Positions 15,581 through 28,100 of a DNA stretch of 64,000 nucleotides are shown piece by piece. Origin of the DNA: the human T2T-CHM13v2.0 reference genome, Homo sapiens. The notes beneath the pieces were generated by a model, which worked only from the letters and a program-made list of their open reading frames with translations, was not told the DNA's origin and did not search any database. Both the position numbers and the translations under genes were made by a program. How positions within the stretch are numbered: position 1 is the stretch's first letter; each line of letters begins with the position of its first letter. Location: assembly GCF_009914755.1 (NCBI RefSeq), contig NC_060943.1; one strand, written 5' to 3'.

Positions 15581-18500
15581 ATTTGCAAGTGGAGATTTCA
15601 GCCGCTTTGAGGTCAATGGTAGAATAGGAAATATCTTTCTATAGAAACTAGACAGAATGATTCTGAGAAACTCCTTTGTAATGTGTGCGTTCAACTCACA
15701 GAGTTTAACCTTTCTTTTCATAGAGCAGTTAGGAAACACTCTGTTTGTAAAGTCTGCAAGTGGATATTCAGACCTCCTTGAGGCCTTCGTTGGAAACGGG
15801 ATTTCTTCATATTATGCTAGACAGAAGTATTCTCAGTAACTTCCTTGTGATGTGTGTATTCAACTCACAGAGTTGAACGATCCTTTACACAGAGCAGACT
15901 TGAAACACTCTTTTTGTGGAATTTGCAAGTGGAGATTTCAGCCGCTTTGAGTTCAATGGTAGAATAGGAAATATCTTCCTATAGAAACTAGACAGAATGA
16001 TTCTCAGAAACTCCTTTGTGATGTGTGCGTTCAACTCACAAAGTTCAACCTTTCTTTTCATAGAGCAGTTGGGAAACACTCTGTTTGTAAAGTCTGCAAG
16101 TGGATATTCAGACTTCTTTGAGGCCTTCGTTGGAAGCGGGATTTCTTCATATTCTGCTAGACAGAAGAATTCTCAGTAACTTCCTTGTGTTGTGTGTATT
16201 CAACTCACAGAGTTGAACGATCCTTTACACAGAGCAGACTTGAAACACTCTTTTTGTGGAATTTGCAAGTGGAGATTTCAGCCGCTTTGAGGTCAATGGT
16301 ATAATAGGAAATATCTTCCTATAGAAACTAGACAGAATGATTCTCAGAAACTCCTTTGTGATGTGTGCATTCAACTCACAGAGTTTAACCTTTCTTTTCA
16401 TAGAGCAGTTAGGAAACACTCTGTTTGTAAAGTATGCAAGTGGATATTCAGACCTCTTTGAGGCCTTCGTTGGAAACGGGATTTCTTCATATTCTGCTAG
16501 ACAGAAGAATTCTCAGTAACTTCCTTGTGTTGTGTGTATTCAACTCACAGAGTTGAACGATCCTTTACACAGAGCAGACTTGAAACACTCTTTTTGTGGA
16601 ATTTGCAAGTGGAGATTTCAGCCGCTTTGAGGTCAATGGTAGAAAAGGAAATATCTTCGTAGAAAAACTAGACAGAATGATTCTCAGAAACTCCTTTGTG
16701 ATGTGTGCGTTCAACTCACAGAGTTTAACCTTTCTTTTCATAGAGCAGTTAGGAAACACTCTGTTTGTAAAGTCTGCAAGTGGATATTCAGACCTCCTTG
16801 AGGCCTTCGTTGGAAACGGGGTTTCTTCATATTATGCTAGACAGAAGACTTCTCAGTAACTTCCTTGTGTTGTGTGTATTCAACTCACAGAGTTGAACGA
16901 TCCTTTACACAGAGCATACTTGAAACACTCTTGTTGTGGAATTTGCAAGTGGAGATTTCAGCCGCTTTGAGGTCAATGGTAGAATAGGAAATATCTTCCT
17001 ATAGAAACTAGACAGAATGATTCTCAGAAACTCCTTTGTGATGTGTGCGTTCAACTCACAGAGTTTAACCTTTCTTTTCATAGAGCAGTTAGGAAACACT
17101 CTGTTTGTAAAGTCTGCAAGTGGATATTCAGACCTCTTTGAGGCCTTCGTTGGAAACGGGATTTCTTCATATTCTGCTAGACAGAAGAATTCTCAGTAAC
17201 TTCCTTGTGTTGTGTGAATTCAACTCACAGAGTTGAACGATCCTTTACACAGAGCAGACTTGAAACACTCTTTTTGTGGAATTTGCAAGTGGAGATTTCA
17301 GCCGCTTTGTGGTCAATAGTAGAATAGGAAATATCTTCCTATAGAAACTAGACAGAATGATTGTCAGAAACTCCTTTGTGATGTGTGTGTTCAACTCACA
17401 GAGTTTAACCTTTCTTTTCATAGAGCAGTTAGGAAACACTCTGTTTGTAAAGTCTGCAAGTAGATATTTAGACATCTTTGAGGCTTTCGTTGGAAACGGG
17501 ATTTCTTCATATTCTGCTAGACAGAAGAATTCTCAGAAACTTCCTTGTGTTGTGTGTATTCAACTCACAGAGTTGAACGATCCTTTACTCAGAGCAGACT
17601 TGAAACACTCCTTTTGTGGAATTTGCAAGTGGAGATTTCAGCCGCTTTGAGGTCAATGGTAGAATAGGAAATATCTTCCTATAGAAACTAGACAGAATGA
17701 TTCTCAGAAACTCCTTTGTGCTGTGTGCGTTCAGCTCACAGAGTTTAACCTTTCTTTTCATAGAGCAGTTAGGAAACACTCTGTTTGTAAAGTCTGCAAG
17801 TGGATATTCAGACATCTTTGAGGCCTTCTTTGGAAACGGGATTTCTTCATATTCTGCTAGACAGAAGAATTCTCAGAAACTTCCTTGTTTTGTGTGTTTT
17901 CAACTCACAGAGTTGAACGATGCTTTACACAGAGTAGACTTGAAACACTCTTTTTGTGTAATTTGCAAGTGGAGATTTCAGCCGCTTTGAGGTCAATGGT
18001 AGAAAAGGTAATATCTTCGTATAAAAACTAGACAGAATGATTCTCAGAAACTCCTTTGTGATGTGTGCGTTCAACTCACAGAGTTTAACCTTTCTTTTCA
18101 TAGAGCAGATAGGAAACACTCTGTTTGTAAAGTCTGCAAGTGGATATTCAGACCTCTTTGAGTCCTTCGTTGGAAACGGGATTTCTTCATATTCTGCTAG
18201 ACAGAAGAATTCTCAGTAACTTCCTTGTGTTGTGTGTATTCAACTCACAGAGTTGAACGATCCTTTACACAGAGCAGACTTGAAACACTCTTTTTGTGGA
18301 ATTTGCAAGTGGAGATTTCAGCCGCTTTGAGGTCAATGGTAGAAAAGTAAATATCTTCGTAGAAAAACTAGACAGAATGATTCTCAGAAACTCCTTTGTG
18401 ATGTGTGCGTTCAACTCACAGAGTTTAACCTTTCTTTTCATAGAGCAGTTAGGAAACACTCTGTTTGTAAAGTCTGCAAGTGGATATTCAGACCTCCTTG

Positions 18501-21500
18501 AGGTCTTCGTTGGAAACGGGGTTTCTTCATATTATGCTAGACAGAAGAATTCTCAGTAACTTCCTTGTGTTGTGTGTATTCAACTCACAGAGTTGAACGA
18601 TCCTTTACACAGAGCATACTTGAAACACTCTTGTTGTGGAATTTGCAAGTGGACATTTCAGCCGCTTTGAGGTCAATGGTAGAATAGGAAATATCTTCCT
18701 ATAGAAACTAGACAGAATGATTCTCAGAAACTCCTTTGTGATGTGTGCGTTCAACTCACAGAGTTTAACCTTTCTTTTCATAGAGCAGTTAGGAAACACT
18801 GTGTTTTTATAGTCTGCAAGTGGATATTCAGACATCTTTGAGGCCTTCGTTGGAAACGGGATTTCTTCATATTCTGCTATACAGAAGAATTCTCAGAAAC
18901 TTCCTAGTGTTGTGTGTTTTCAACTCACAGAGTTGAACGATGCTTTACACAGAGTAGACTTGAAACACTCTTTTTGTGTAATTTGCAAGTGGAGATTTCA
19001 GCCGCTTTGAGGTCAATGGTAGAAAAGGAAATATCTTCGTATAAAAACTAGACAGAATGATTGTCAGAAACTCCTTTGTGATGTGTGCGTTCAACTCACA
19101 GAGTTTAACCTTTCTTTTCATAGAGCAGTTAGGAAACACTCTGTTTGTAAAGTCTGCAAGTGGATATTCAGACATCTTTGAGGCTTTCGTTGGAAACGGG
19201 ATTTCTTCATATTCTGCTATACAGAAGAATTCTCAGAAACTTCCTTGTGTTGTGTGTTTTCAACTCACAGAGTTGAACGATGCTTTACACAGAGTAGACT
19301 TGAAACACTCTTGTTGTGGAATTTGCAAGTGGAGATTTCAGCCTCTTTGAGGTCAATGGTAGAATAGGAAATATCTTCCTATAGAAACTAGACAGAATGA
19401 TTCTCAGAAACTCCTTTGTGATGTGTGCGTTCAACTCACAGAGTTTAACCTTTCTTTTCATAGAGCAGCTAGGAAAGACTCTGTTTATAAAGTCTGCAAG
19501 TGGATATTCAGACCTCTTTGAGGCCTTCGTTGGAAACGGGATTTCTTCATATTCTGCTAGACAGAAGAATTCTCAGTAACTTCCTTGTGTTGTGTGTATT
19601 CAACTCACAGAGTTGAACGATCCTTTACACAGAGCAGACATGAAACACTCTTTTTGTGGAATTTGCAAGTGGAGATTTCAGCCGCTTTGAGGTCAATGGT
19701 AGAATAGGAAATATCTTCCTATAGAAACTAGACAGAATGATTCTCAGAAACTCCTTTGTGATGTGTGCCTTCAACTCACAGAGTTTAACCTTTCTTTTCA
19801 TAGAGCAGTTAGGAAACACTCTGTTTGTAAAGTCTGCAAGTGGATATTCAGACCTCTTTGAGACCTTCGTTGGAAACGGGATTTCTTCATATTCTGCTAG
19901 ACAGAAGAATTCTCAGTAACTTCCTTGTGTTGTGTGTATTCAACTCACAGAGTTGAACGATCCTTTACACAGAGCAGACTTGAAACACTGTTTTTGTGGA
20001 ATTTACAAGTGGAGATTTCAGCCGCTTTGAGGTCAATGGTAGAAAAGGAAATATCTTCCTATAGAAACTAGACAGAATGATTCTCAGAAACTCCTTTGTG
20101 ATGTGTGCGTTCAACTCACAGAGTTTAACCTTTCTTTTCATAGAGCAGCTAGGAAAGACTCTGTTTATAAAGTCTGCAAGTGGATATTCAGACCTCTTTG
20201 AGGCCTTCGTTGGAAACGGGATTTCTTCATATTCTGCTAGACAGAAGAATTCTCAGTAACTTCCTTGTGTTGTGTGTATTCAACTGACAGAGTTGAACGA
20301 TCCTTTACACAGAGCAGACTTGAAACACTCTTTTTGGGGAATTTGCAAGTGGAGATTTCAGCCGCTATGGGGTCAATGGTAGAATAGGAAATATCTTCCT
20401 ATAGAAACTAGACAGAATGATTCTTAGAAACTCCTTTGTGATGTGTGCGTTCAACTCACAGAGTTTAACCTTTCTTTTCATAGAGCAGTTAGGAAACACT
20501 CTGTGTATAAAGTCTGCAAGTGGATATTCAGGCCTCTTTGAGGCCTTCGTTGGAAACGGGATTTCTTCATATGATGCTGGACAGAAGAAATCTCAGTAAC
20601 TTCCTTGTGTTGTGTGTATTCAACTCACAGAGTTGAACGATCCTTTACACAGAGCAGATTTGAAACAATGTTTTTGTGGAATTTGCAAGTGGAGATTTCA
20701 GCCGCTTTGAGGTCAATGGCAGAAAAGGAAATATCTTCTTATAGAAACTAGACAGAATGATTCTCAGAAACTCCTTTGTGATGTGTGCGTTCAACTCACA
20801 GAGTTCAACCTTTCTTTTCATAGAGCAGTTAGGAAACACTCTGTTTATAAATTCTGCAAGTGGATATTCAGACCTCTTTGAGGCCTTCGTTGGAAACGGG
20901 ATTTCTCCATATTCTGCTAGACAGAAGAATTCTCAGTAACTTCCTTGTGTTGTGTGTATTCAACTCACAGAGTTGAACGATCCTTTACACAGAGCAGACT
21001 TGAAACACTCTTTTTGTGGAATTTGCAAGGGGAGATTTCAGCCGCTTTGAGGTCAATAGTAGAAAAGGAAATATCTTCCTATAGAAACTAGACAGAATGA
21101 TTCTCAGAAACTCCTTTGTGATGTGTGGGTTCAACTCACAGAGTTTAACCTTTCTTTTCATAGAGCAGTTAGGAAACACTCTGTTTGTAAAGTCTGCATG
21201 TGGATATTTGGACTTCTTTGAGGCCTTCGTTGGAAACGGGTTTTTTTCATGTAAGGCTAGACAGAAGAATTCTCAGTAACTTCCTTGTGTTGTGTGTATT
21301 CAACTGACAGAGTTCAACTTTCATTTAGAGAGAGCAGATTTGAAACACTGTTTTTGTGGAATTTGCAAGTGGAGATTTCAAGCGCTTTGGGGCCAAAGGC
21401 AGAAAAGGAAATATCTTCGTATAAAAACTAGACAGAATCATTCTCAGAAACTGCTCTGTGATGTGTGCGTTCACCTCTCAGAGTTTAAGTTTTCTTTTCA

Positions 21501-22169
21501 TTCAGCAGTTTGGAAACACTCTGTTTGTAAAGTCTGCACGTGGATATTTTGACCACTTAGAGGCCTTCGTTGGAAACGGGTTTTTTTCATGTAAGACCAG
21601 ACAGAAGAATTCCCAGTAACTTCCTTTTGTTGTGTGCATTCAACTCACAGAGATGAACATTCCCTTAGACAGAGCAGATTTGAAACACTCTATTTGTGTA
21701 ATTTGCAAGTGTAGATTTCAAGCGCTTTAAGGTCAATGGCAGAAAAGGAAATATCTTCGTTTCAAAACTAGACAGAATCATTCCCACAAACTGCGTAGTG
21801 ATGTGTTCGTTCAACTCACAGAGTTTAACCTTTCTGTTCATAGAGCAGTTAGGAAACACTCTGTTTGTAAAGTCTGTAAGTGGATATTCTGACATCTTGT
21901 GGCCTTCGTTGGAAACGGGATTTCTTCATATTCTGCTAGACAGAAGTATTCTCAGTAACTTCCTTGTGTTGTGTGTATTCAACTCACAGAGTTGAACGAT
22001 CCTTTACACAGAGCAGACTTGAAATACTCTTTTTGTGGAATTTGCAAGTGGAGATTTCAGCCGCTTGGAGATCAATGGTAGAATAGGAAATATCTTCCTA
22101 TAGAAACTAGACAGAATGATTCTCAGAAACTCCTTCGTGATGTGTGCGTTCAACTCACAGAGTTTAACC

Positions 22170-25100
22170 TTTCTTTTCATAGAGCAGTTAGGAAACACTC
22201 TGTTTGTAATATCTGCAAGTGGATATTCTGACATCTTGTGGCCTTCGTTGGAAACGGGATTTCTTCATATTATGCTAGACAGAAGAATTCTCAGTAACTT
22301 CTTTGTGTTGTGTGTATTCAACTCACAGAGTTGAACGATCCTTTACACAGAGCAGACTTGAAACACTGTTTTTGTGGAATTTGCAAGTGGAGATTTCAGC
22401 CGCTTTGAGGTCAATGGTAGAATAGGAAATATCTTCCTATAGAAACTAGACAGAATGATTCTCAGAAACTCCTTTGTGATGTGTGCGTTCAACTCACAGA
22501 GTTCAACCTTTCTTTTCATAGAGCAGTTAGGAAACACTCTGTTTATAAACTCTGCAAGTGGATATTCAGACCTCTTTGAGGCCTTCGTTGGAAACGGGAT
22601 TTCTTCATATTCTGCTAGACAGAAGAATTCTCAGTAACTTCCTTGTGTTGTGTGTATTCAACTCACAGAGTTGAACGATCCTTTACACAGAGCAGACTTG
22701 AAACACTCTTTTTGTGGAATTTCCAAGTGGAGATTTCAGCCGCTATGTGGTCAATGGTAGAATAGCAAATATCTTCCTATAGAAACTAGACAGAATGATT
22801 CTCAGAAACTCCTTTGTGATGTGTGCGTTCAACTCACAGAGTTTAACCTTTCTTTTCATAGAGCAGTTAGGAAACACTCTGTTTGTAAAGTCTGCAAGTG
22901 GATATTCAGACCTCCTTGAGGCCTTCGTTGGAAACGGGATTTCTTCATATTCTGCTAGACAGAAGAATTCTCAGAAACTTCCTTTTGTTGTGTGTATTCA
23001 ACTCACAGAGTTGAACGATCCTTTACACAGAGCAGACTTGAAACACTCTTTTCGTGGAATTTGCAAGTGGAGATTTCTGCCGCTTTGAGGTCAATTGTAG
23101 AATAGGAAATATCTTCCTGTAGAAACTAGACAGAATGATTCTCCGAAACTCATTTGTGATGTGTGCGTTCAACTCACAGAGTTTAACCTTTCTTTTCATA
23201 GAGCAGTTAGGAAACACTCTGTTTGTAAAGTCTGCAAGTGGATATTCAGACCTCTTTGAGGCCTTCGTTGGAAACGGGATTTCTTCATATGATGCTAGAC
23301 AGAAGAATTCTCAGTAACTTCCTTGTGTTGTGTGTATTCAACTCACAGAGTTGAACGATCCTTTACACAGAGCAGACTTGAAACACTCTTTTTGTGGAAT
23401 TTGCAAGGGGAGATTTCAGCCGCTTTGAGGTCAATAGTAGAAAAGGAAATATCTTCATATAGAAACTAGACATAATGATTCTCAGAAACTCCGTTGTGAT
23501 GTGTGCGTTCAACTCACAGAGTTTAACCTTTCTTTTCATAGAGCAGTTAAGAAACACTCTGTTTGTAAAGTCTGCAAGTGGATATCCAGACCTCTTTGAG
23601 GCCTTCATTGGAAACGGGATTTCTTCATATTCTGCTAGACAGAAGAATTCTCAGTAACTTCCTTGTATTGTGTGTATTCAACTCACAGAGTTGAACGATC
23701 CTTTACACAGAGCAGACTTGAAACACTCTTTTTCTGGAATTTGCAAGTGGAGATTTCAGCCGCTATGGGGTCAATGGTAGAATAGGAAATATCTTCCTAT
23801 AGAAACTAGACAGAATGATTCTCAGAAACTCCTTTGTGATGTGTGCGTTCAACTCACAGAGTTTAACCTTTCTTTTCATAGAGCAGTTAGGAAACACTCT
23901 GTTTATAAAGTCTGCAAGTGGATATTCAGACCTCTTTGAGGCCTTCGTTGGAAACGGGATTTCTTCATATTCTGCTAGACAGAAGAATTCTCAGTAACTT
24001 CCTTGTGTTGTGTGTATTCAACTCACAGAGTTGAACGATCCTTTACACAGAGCAGACTTGAAACACTCTTTTTGTGGAATTTGCAAGTGGAGATTTCAGC
24101 CGCTTTGCGGTCAATAGTGGAAAAGGAAATATCTTCATATAGAAACTAGACAGAATGATTCTCAGAAACTCCTTTGTGATGTGTGCGTTCAACTCACAGA
24201 GTTTAACCTTTCTTTTCATAGAGCAGTTAGGAAACACTCTGTTTGTAAAGTCTGCAAGTGGATATTCAGACCTCTTTGAGGCCTTCGTTGGAAACGGGAT
24301 TTCTTCATATTCTGCTAGACAGAAGAATTCTCAGTAACTTCCTTGTGTTGTGTGTATTCAACTCACAGAGTTGAACGATCGTTTATACAGAGCAATCATG
24401 AAACACTCTTTTTGTGGAATTTGCAAGTGGAGATTTCTGCCGCTTTGAGGTCAATGGTGGAATAGGAAATATCTTCCTATAGAAACTAGACAGAATGATT
24501 CTCAGAAACTCCTTTGTGATGTGGGCGTTCAACTCACAGAGTTTAACCTTTCTTTTCATAGAGCAGTTAGGAAACACTCTGTTTGTAAAGTCTGCATGTG
24601 GATATTTGGACTTCTTTGAGGCCTTCGTTGGAAACGGGTTTTTTTCATGTAAGGCTAGACAGAAGAATTCTCAGTAACTTCCTTGTGTTGTGTGTATTCA
24701 ACTGACAGAGTTGAACTTTCATTTAGAGAGAGCAGATTTGAAACACTGTTTTTGTGGAATTTGCAAGTGGAAATTTCAAGTGCTTTGGGGCCAAAGGCAG
24801 AAAAAGAAATATCTTCGTATAAAAACTTGACAGAATCATTCTCAGAAACTACTCTGTGATGTGTGCGTTCAACTCTCAGAGTTTAACTTTTCTTTTCATT
24901 CAGTAGTTTGGAAACACTCTGTTTGTAAATCTGCACGTGGATATTTTGACGACTTAGAGGCTTTCGTTGGAAACGGGTTTTTTTCATGTAAGGCTAGACA
25001 GAAGAATTCCCAGTAACTTCCTTGTGTTGTGTGCATTCAACTCACAGAGATGAACATTCCCTTAGACAGAGCAGATTTGAAACACTCTATTTGTGTAATT

Positions 25101-28100
25101 TGCAAGTGTAGATTTCAAGCGCTTTAAGGTCAATGGCAAAAAAGGAAATATCTGCGTTTCAAAACTAGACAGAATCATTCCCAAAAATTGCGTTGTGATG
25201 TGTTCGTTAAACTCACAGAGTTTAACCTTTCTGTTCATAGAGCAGTTAGGAAACACTCTGTTTGTAAAGTCTGTAAGTGGAAATTCTGACATCTTGTGGC
25301 CTTCGTTGGAAACGGGATTTCTTCATATTATGCTAGACAGAAGAATTCTCAGTAACTTCTTTGTGTTGTGTGTATTCAACTCACGGAGTTGAACGATCCT
25401 TTACACAGAGCAGACTTGAAACACTCTTTTTGTGGAATTTGCAAGTGGAGATTTCTGCCGCTTTGAGGTCAATGGTAGAATAGGAAATATCTTCCTATAG
25501 AAAATACACAGAATGATTCTCAGAAACTCATTTGTGATGTGTGCGTTCAACTCACAGAGTTTAACCTTTCTTTTCATAAAGCAGTTAGGAAACACTCTGT
25601 TTGTAATATCTGCAAGTGGATATTCTGACATCTTGTGGCCTTCGTTGGAAACGGGATTTCTTCATATTATGCTAGACAGAAGAATTCTCAGAAACTTCTT
25701 TGTGTTGTGTGTATTCAACTCACAGAGTTGAACGATCCTTTACACAGAGCAGACTTGAAACACTCTTTTTGTGGAATTTGCAAGTGGAGATTTCAGCCGC
25801 TTTGAGGTCAATGGTAGAATAGGAAATATCTTCCTATAGAAACTAGACAGAATGATTCTCAGAAACTCCTTTGTGATGTGTGCGTTCAACTCACGGAGTT
25901 CAACCTTTCTTTTCATAGAGCAGTTAGGAAACACTCTGTTTATAAACTCTGCAAGTGGATATTCAGACCTCTTTGAGGCCTTCGTTGGAAACGGGATTTC
26001 TTCATATTCTGCTAGACAGAAGAATTCTCAGTAACTTCCTTGTGTTGTGTGTATTCAACTCACAGAGTTGAACGATCCTTTACACAGAGCAGACTTGAAA
26101 CACTCTTTTTGTGGAATTTCCAAGTGGAGATTTCAGCCGCTATGTGGTCAATGGTAGAATAGCAAATATCTTCCTATAGAAACTAGACAGAATGATTCTC
26201 AGAAACTCCTTTGTGATGTGTGCGTTCAACTCACAGAGTTTAACCGTTCTTTTCATAGAGCAGTTAGGAAACACTCTGTTTGTAAAGTCTGCAAGTGGAT
26301 ATTCAGACCTCTTTGAGGCCTTCGTTGGAAATGGGATTTCTTCATATTCTGCTAGACAGAAGAATTCTCAGTAACTTCCTTGTGTTGTGTGCATTCAACT
26401 CACAGAGTTGAACGATCCTTTACACAGAGCAGACTTGAAACACTCTTTTCGTGGAATTTGCAAGTGGAGATTTCTGCCGCTTTGAGGTCAATTGTAGAAT
26501 AGGAAATATCTTCCTGTAGAAACTAGACAGAATGATTCTCAGAAACTCATTTGTGATGTGTGCGTTCAACTCACAGAGTTTAACCTTTCTTTTCATAGAG
26601 CAGTTAGGAAACACTCTGTTTGTAAAGTCTGCAAGTGGATATTCAGACCTCTTTGAGGCCTTCGTTGGAAACGGGATTTCTTCATATGATGCTAGACAGA
26701 AGAATTCTCAGTAACTTCCTTGTGTTGTGTGTATTCAACTCACAGAGTTGAACGATCCTTTACACAGAGCAGACTTGAAACACTCTTTTTGTGGAATTTG
26801 CAAGGGGAGATTTCAGCCGCTTTGAGGTCAATAGTAGAAAAGGAAATATCTTCATATAGAAACTAGACAGAATGATTCTCAGAAACTCCGTTGTGATGTG
26901 TGCGTTCAACTCACAGAGTTTAACCTTTCTTTTCATAGAGCAGTTAGGAAACACTCTGTTTGTAAAGTCTGCAAGTGGATATCCAGACCTCTTTGAGGCC
27001 TTCATTGGAAACGGGATTTCTTCATATTCTGCTAGACAGAAGAATTCTCAGTAACTTCCTTGTATTGTGTGTATTCAACTCACAGAGTTGAACGATCCTT
27101 TACACAGAGCAGACTTGAAACACTCTTTTTCTGGAATTTGCAAGTGGAGATTTCAGCCGCTATGGGGTCAATGGTAGAATAGGAAATATCTTCCTATAGA
27201 AACTAGACAGAATGATTCTCAGAAACTCCTTTGTGATGTGTGCGTTCAACTCACAGAGTTTAACCTTTCTTTTCATAGAGCAGTTAGGAAACACTCTGTT
27301 TATAAAGTCTGCAAGTGGATATTCAGACCTCTTTGAGGCCTTCGTTGGAAACGGGATTTCTTCATATTCTGCTAGACAGAAGAATTCTCAGTAACTTCCT
27401 TGTGTTGTGTGTATTCAACTCACAGAGTTGAACGATCCTTTACACAGAGCAGACTTGAACCACTCTTTTTGTGGAATTTGCAAGTGGAGATTTCAGCCGC
27501 TTTGCGGTCAATAGTGGAAAAGGAAATATCTTCATATAGAAACTAGACAGAATGATTCTCAGAAACTCCTTTGTGATGTGTGCGTTCAACTCACAGAGTT
27601 TAACCTTTCTTTTCATAGAGCAGTTAGGAAACACTCTGTTTGTAAAGTCTGCAAGTGGATATTCAGACCTCTTTGAGGCCTTCATTGGAAACGGGATTTC
27701 TTCATATTCTGCTAGACAGAAGAATTCTCAGTAACTTCCTTGTGTTGTGTGTATTCAACTCACAGAGTTGAACGATCGTTTACACAGAGCAATCATGAAA
27801 CACTCTTTTTGTGGAATTTGCAAGTGGAGATTTCTGCCGCTTTGAGGTCAATGGTGGAATAGGAAATATCTTCCTATAGAAACTAGACAGAATGATTCTC
27901 AGAAACTCCTTTGTGATGTGGGCGTTCAACTCACAGAGTTTAACCTTTCTTTTCATAGAGCAGTTAGGAAACACTCTGTTTGTAAAGTCTGCATGTGGAT
28001 ATTTGGACTTCTTTGAGGCCTTCGTTGGAAACGGGTTTTTTTCATGTAAGGCTAGACAGAAGAATTCTCAGTAACTTCCTTGTGTTGTGTGTATTCAACT

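Larger units (their letters stand above)
1..19320 (+). repeat. Homogeneous pure 340-bp dimer domain (left flank)
   Basis: Exact 340-bp register with substitutions only. No 4-monomer cassette is present. The register in fact holds with no indel until about 21895. Confidence 0.95.

Noticed and set aside
19397-20260. 680-bp local repeat (GCAGCTAGGAAAGACT at 19465/20145), and a similar one at 61140/61820
   Set aside because: Real but minor. Only one of the two dimers matches, and it adds nothing beyond the larger duplication patterns reported.
21190-21910. Cassette as a foreign satellite family or a novel element
   Set aside because: It consists of ordinary SF1-type alpha monomers in register, with CENP-B boxes, consistent with the known 6-mer form of the same HOR.
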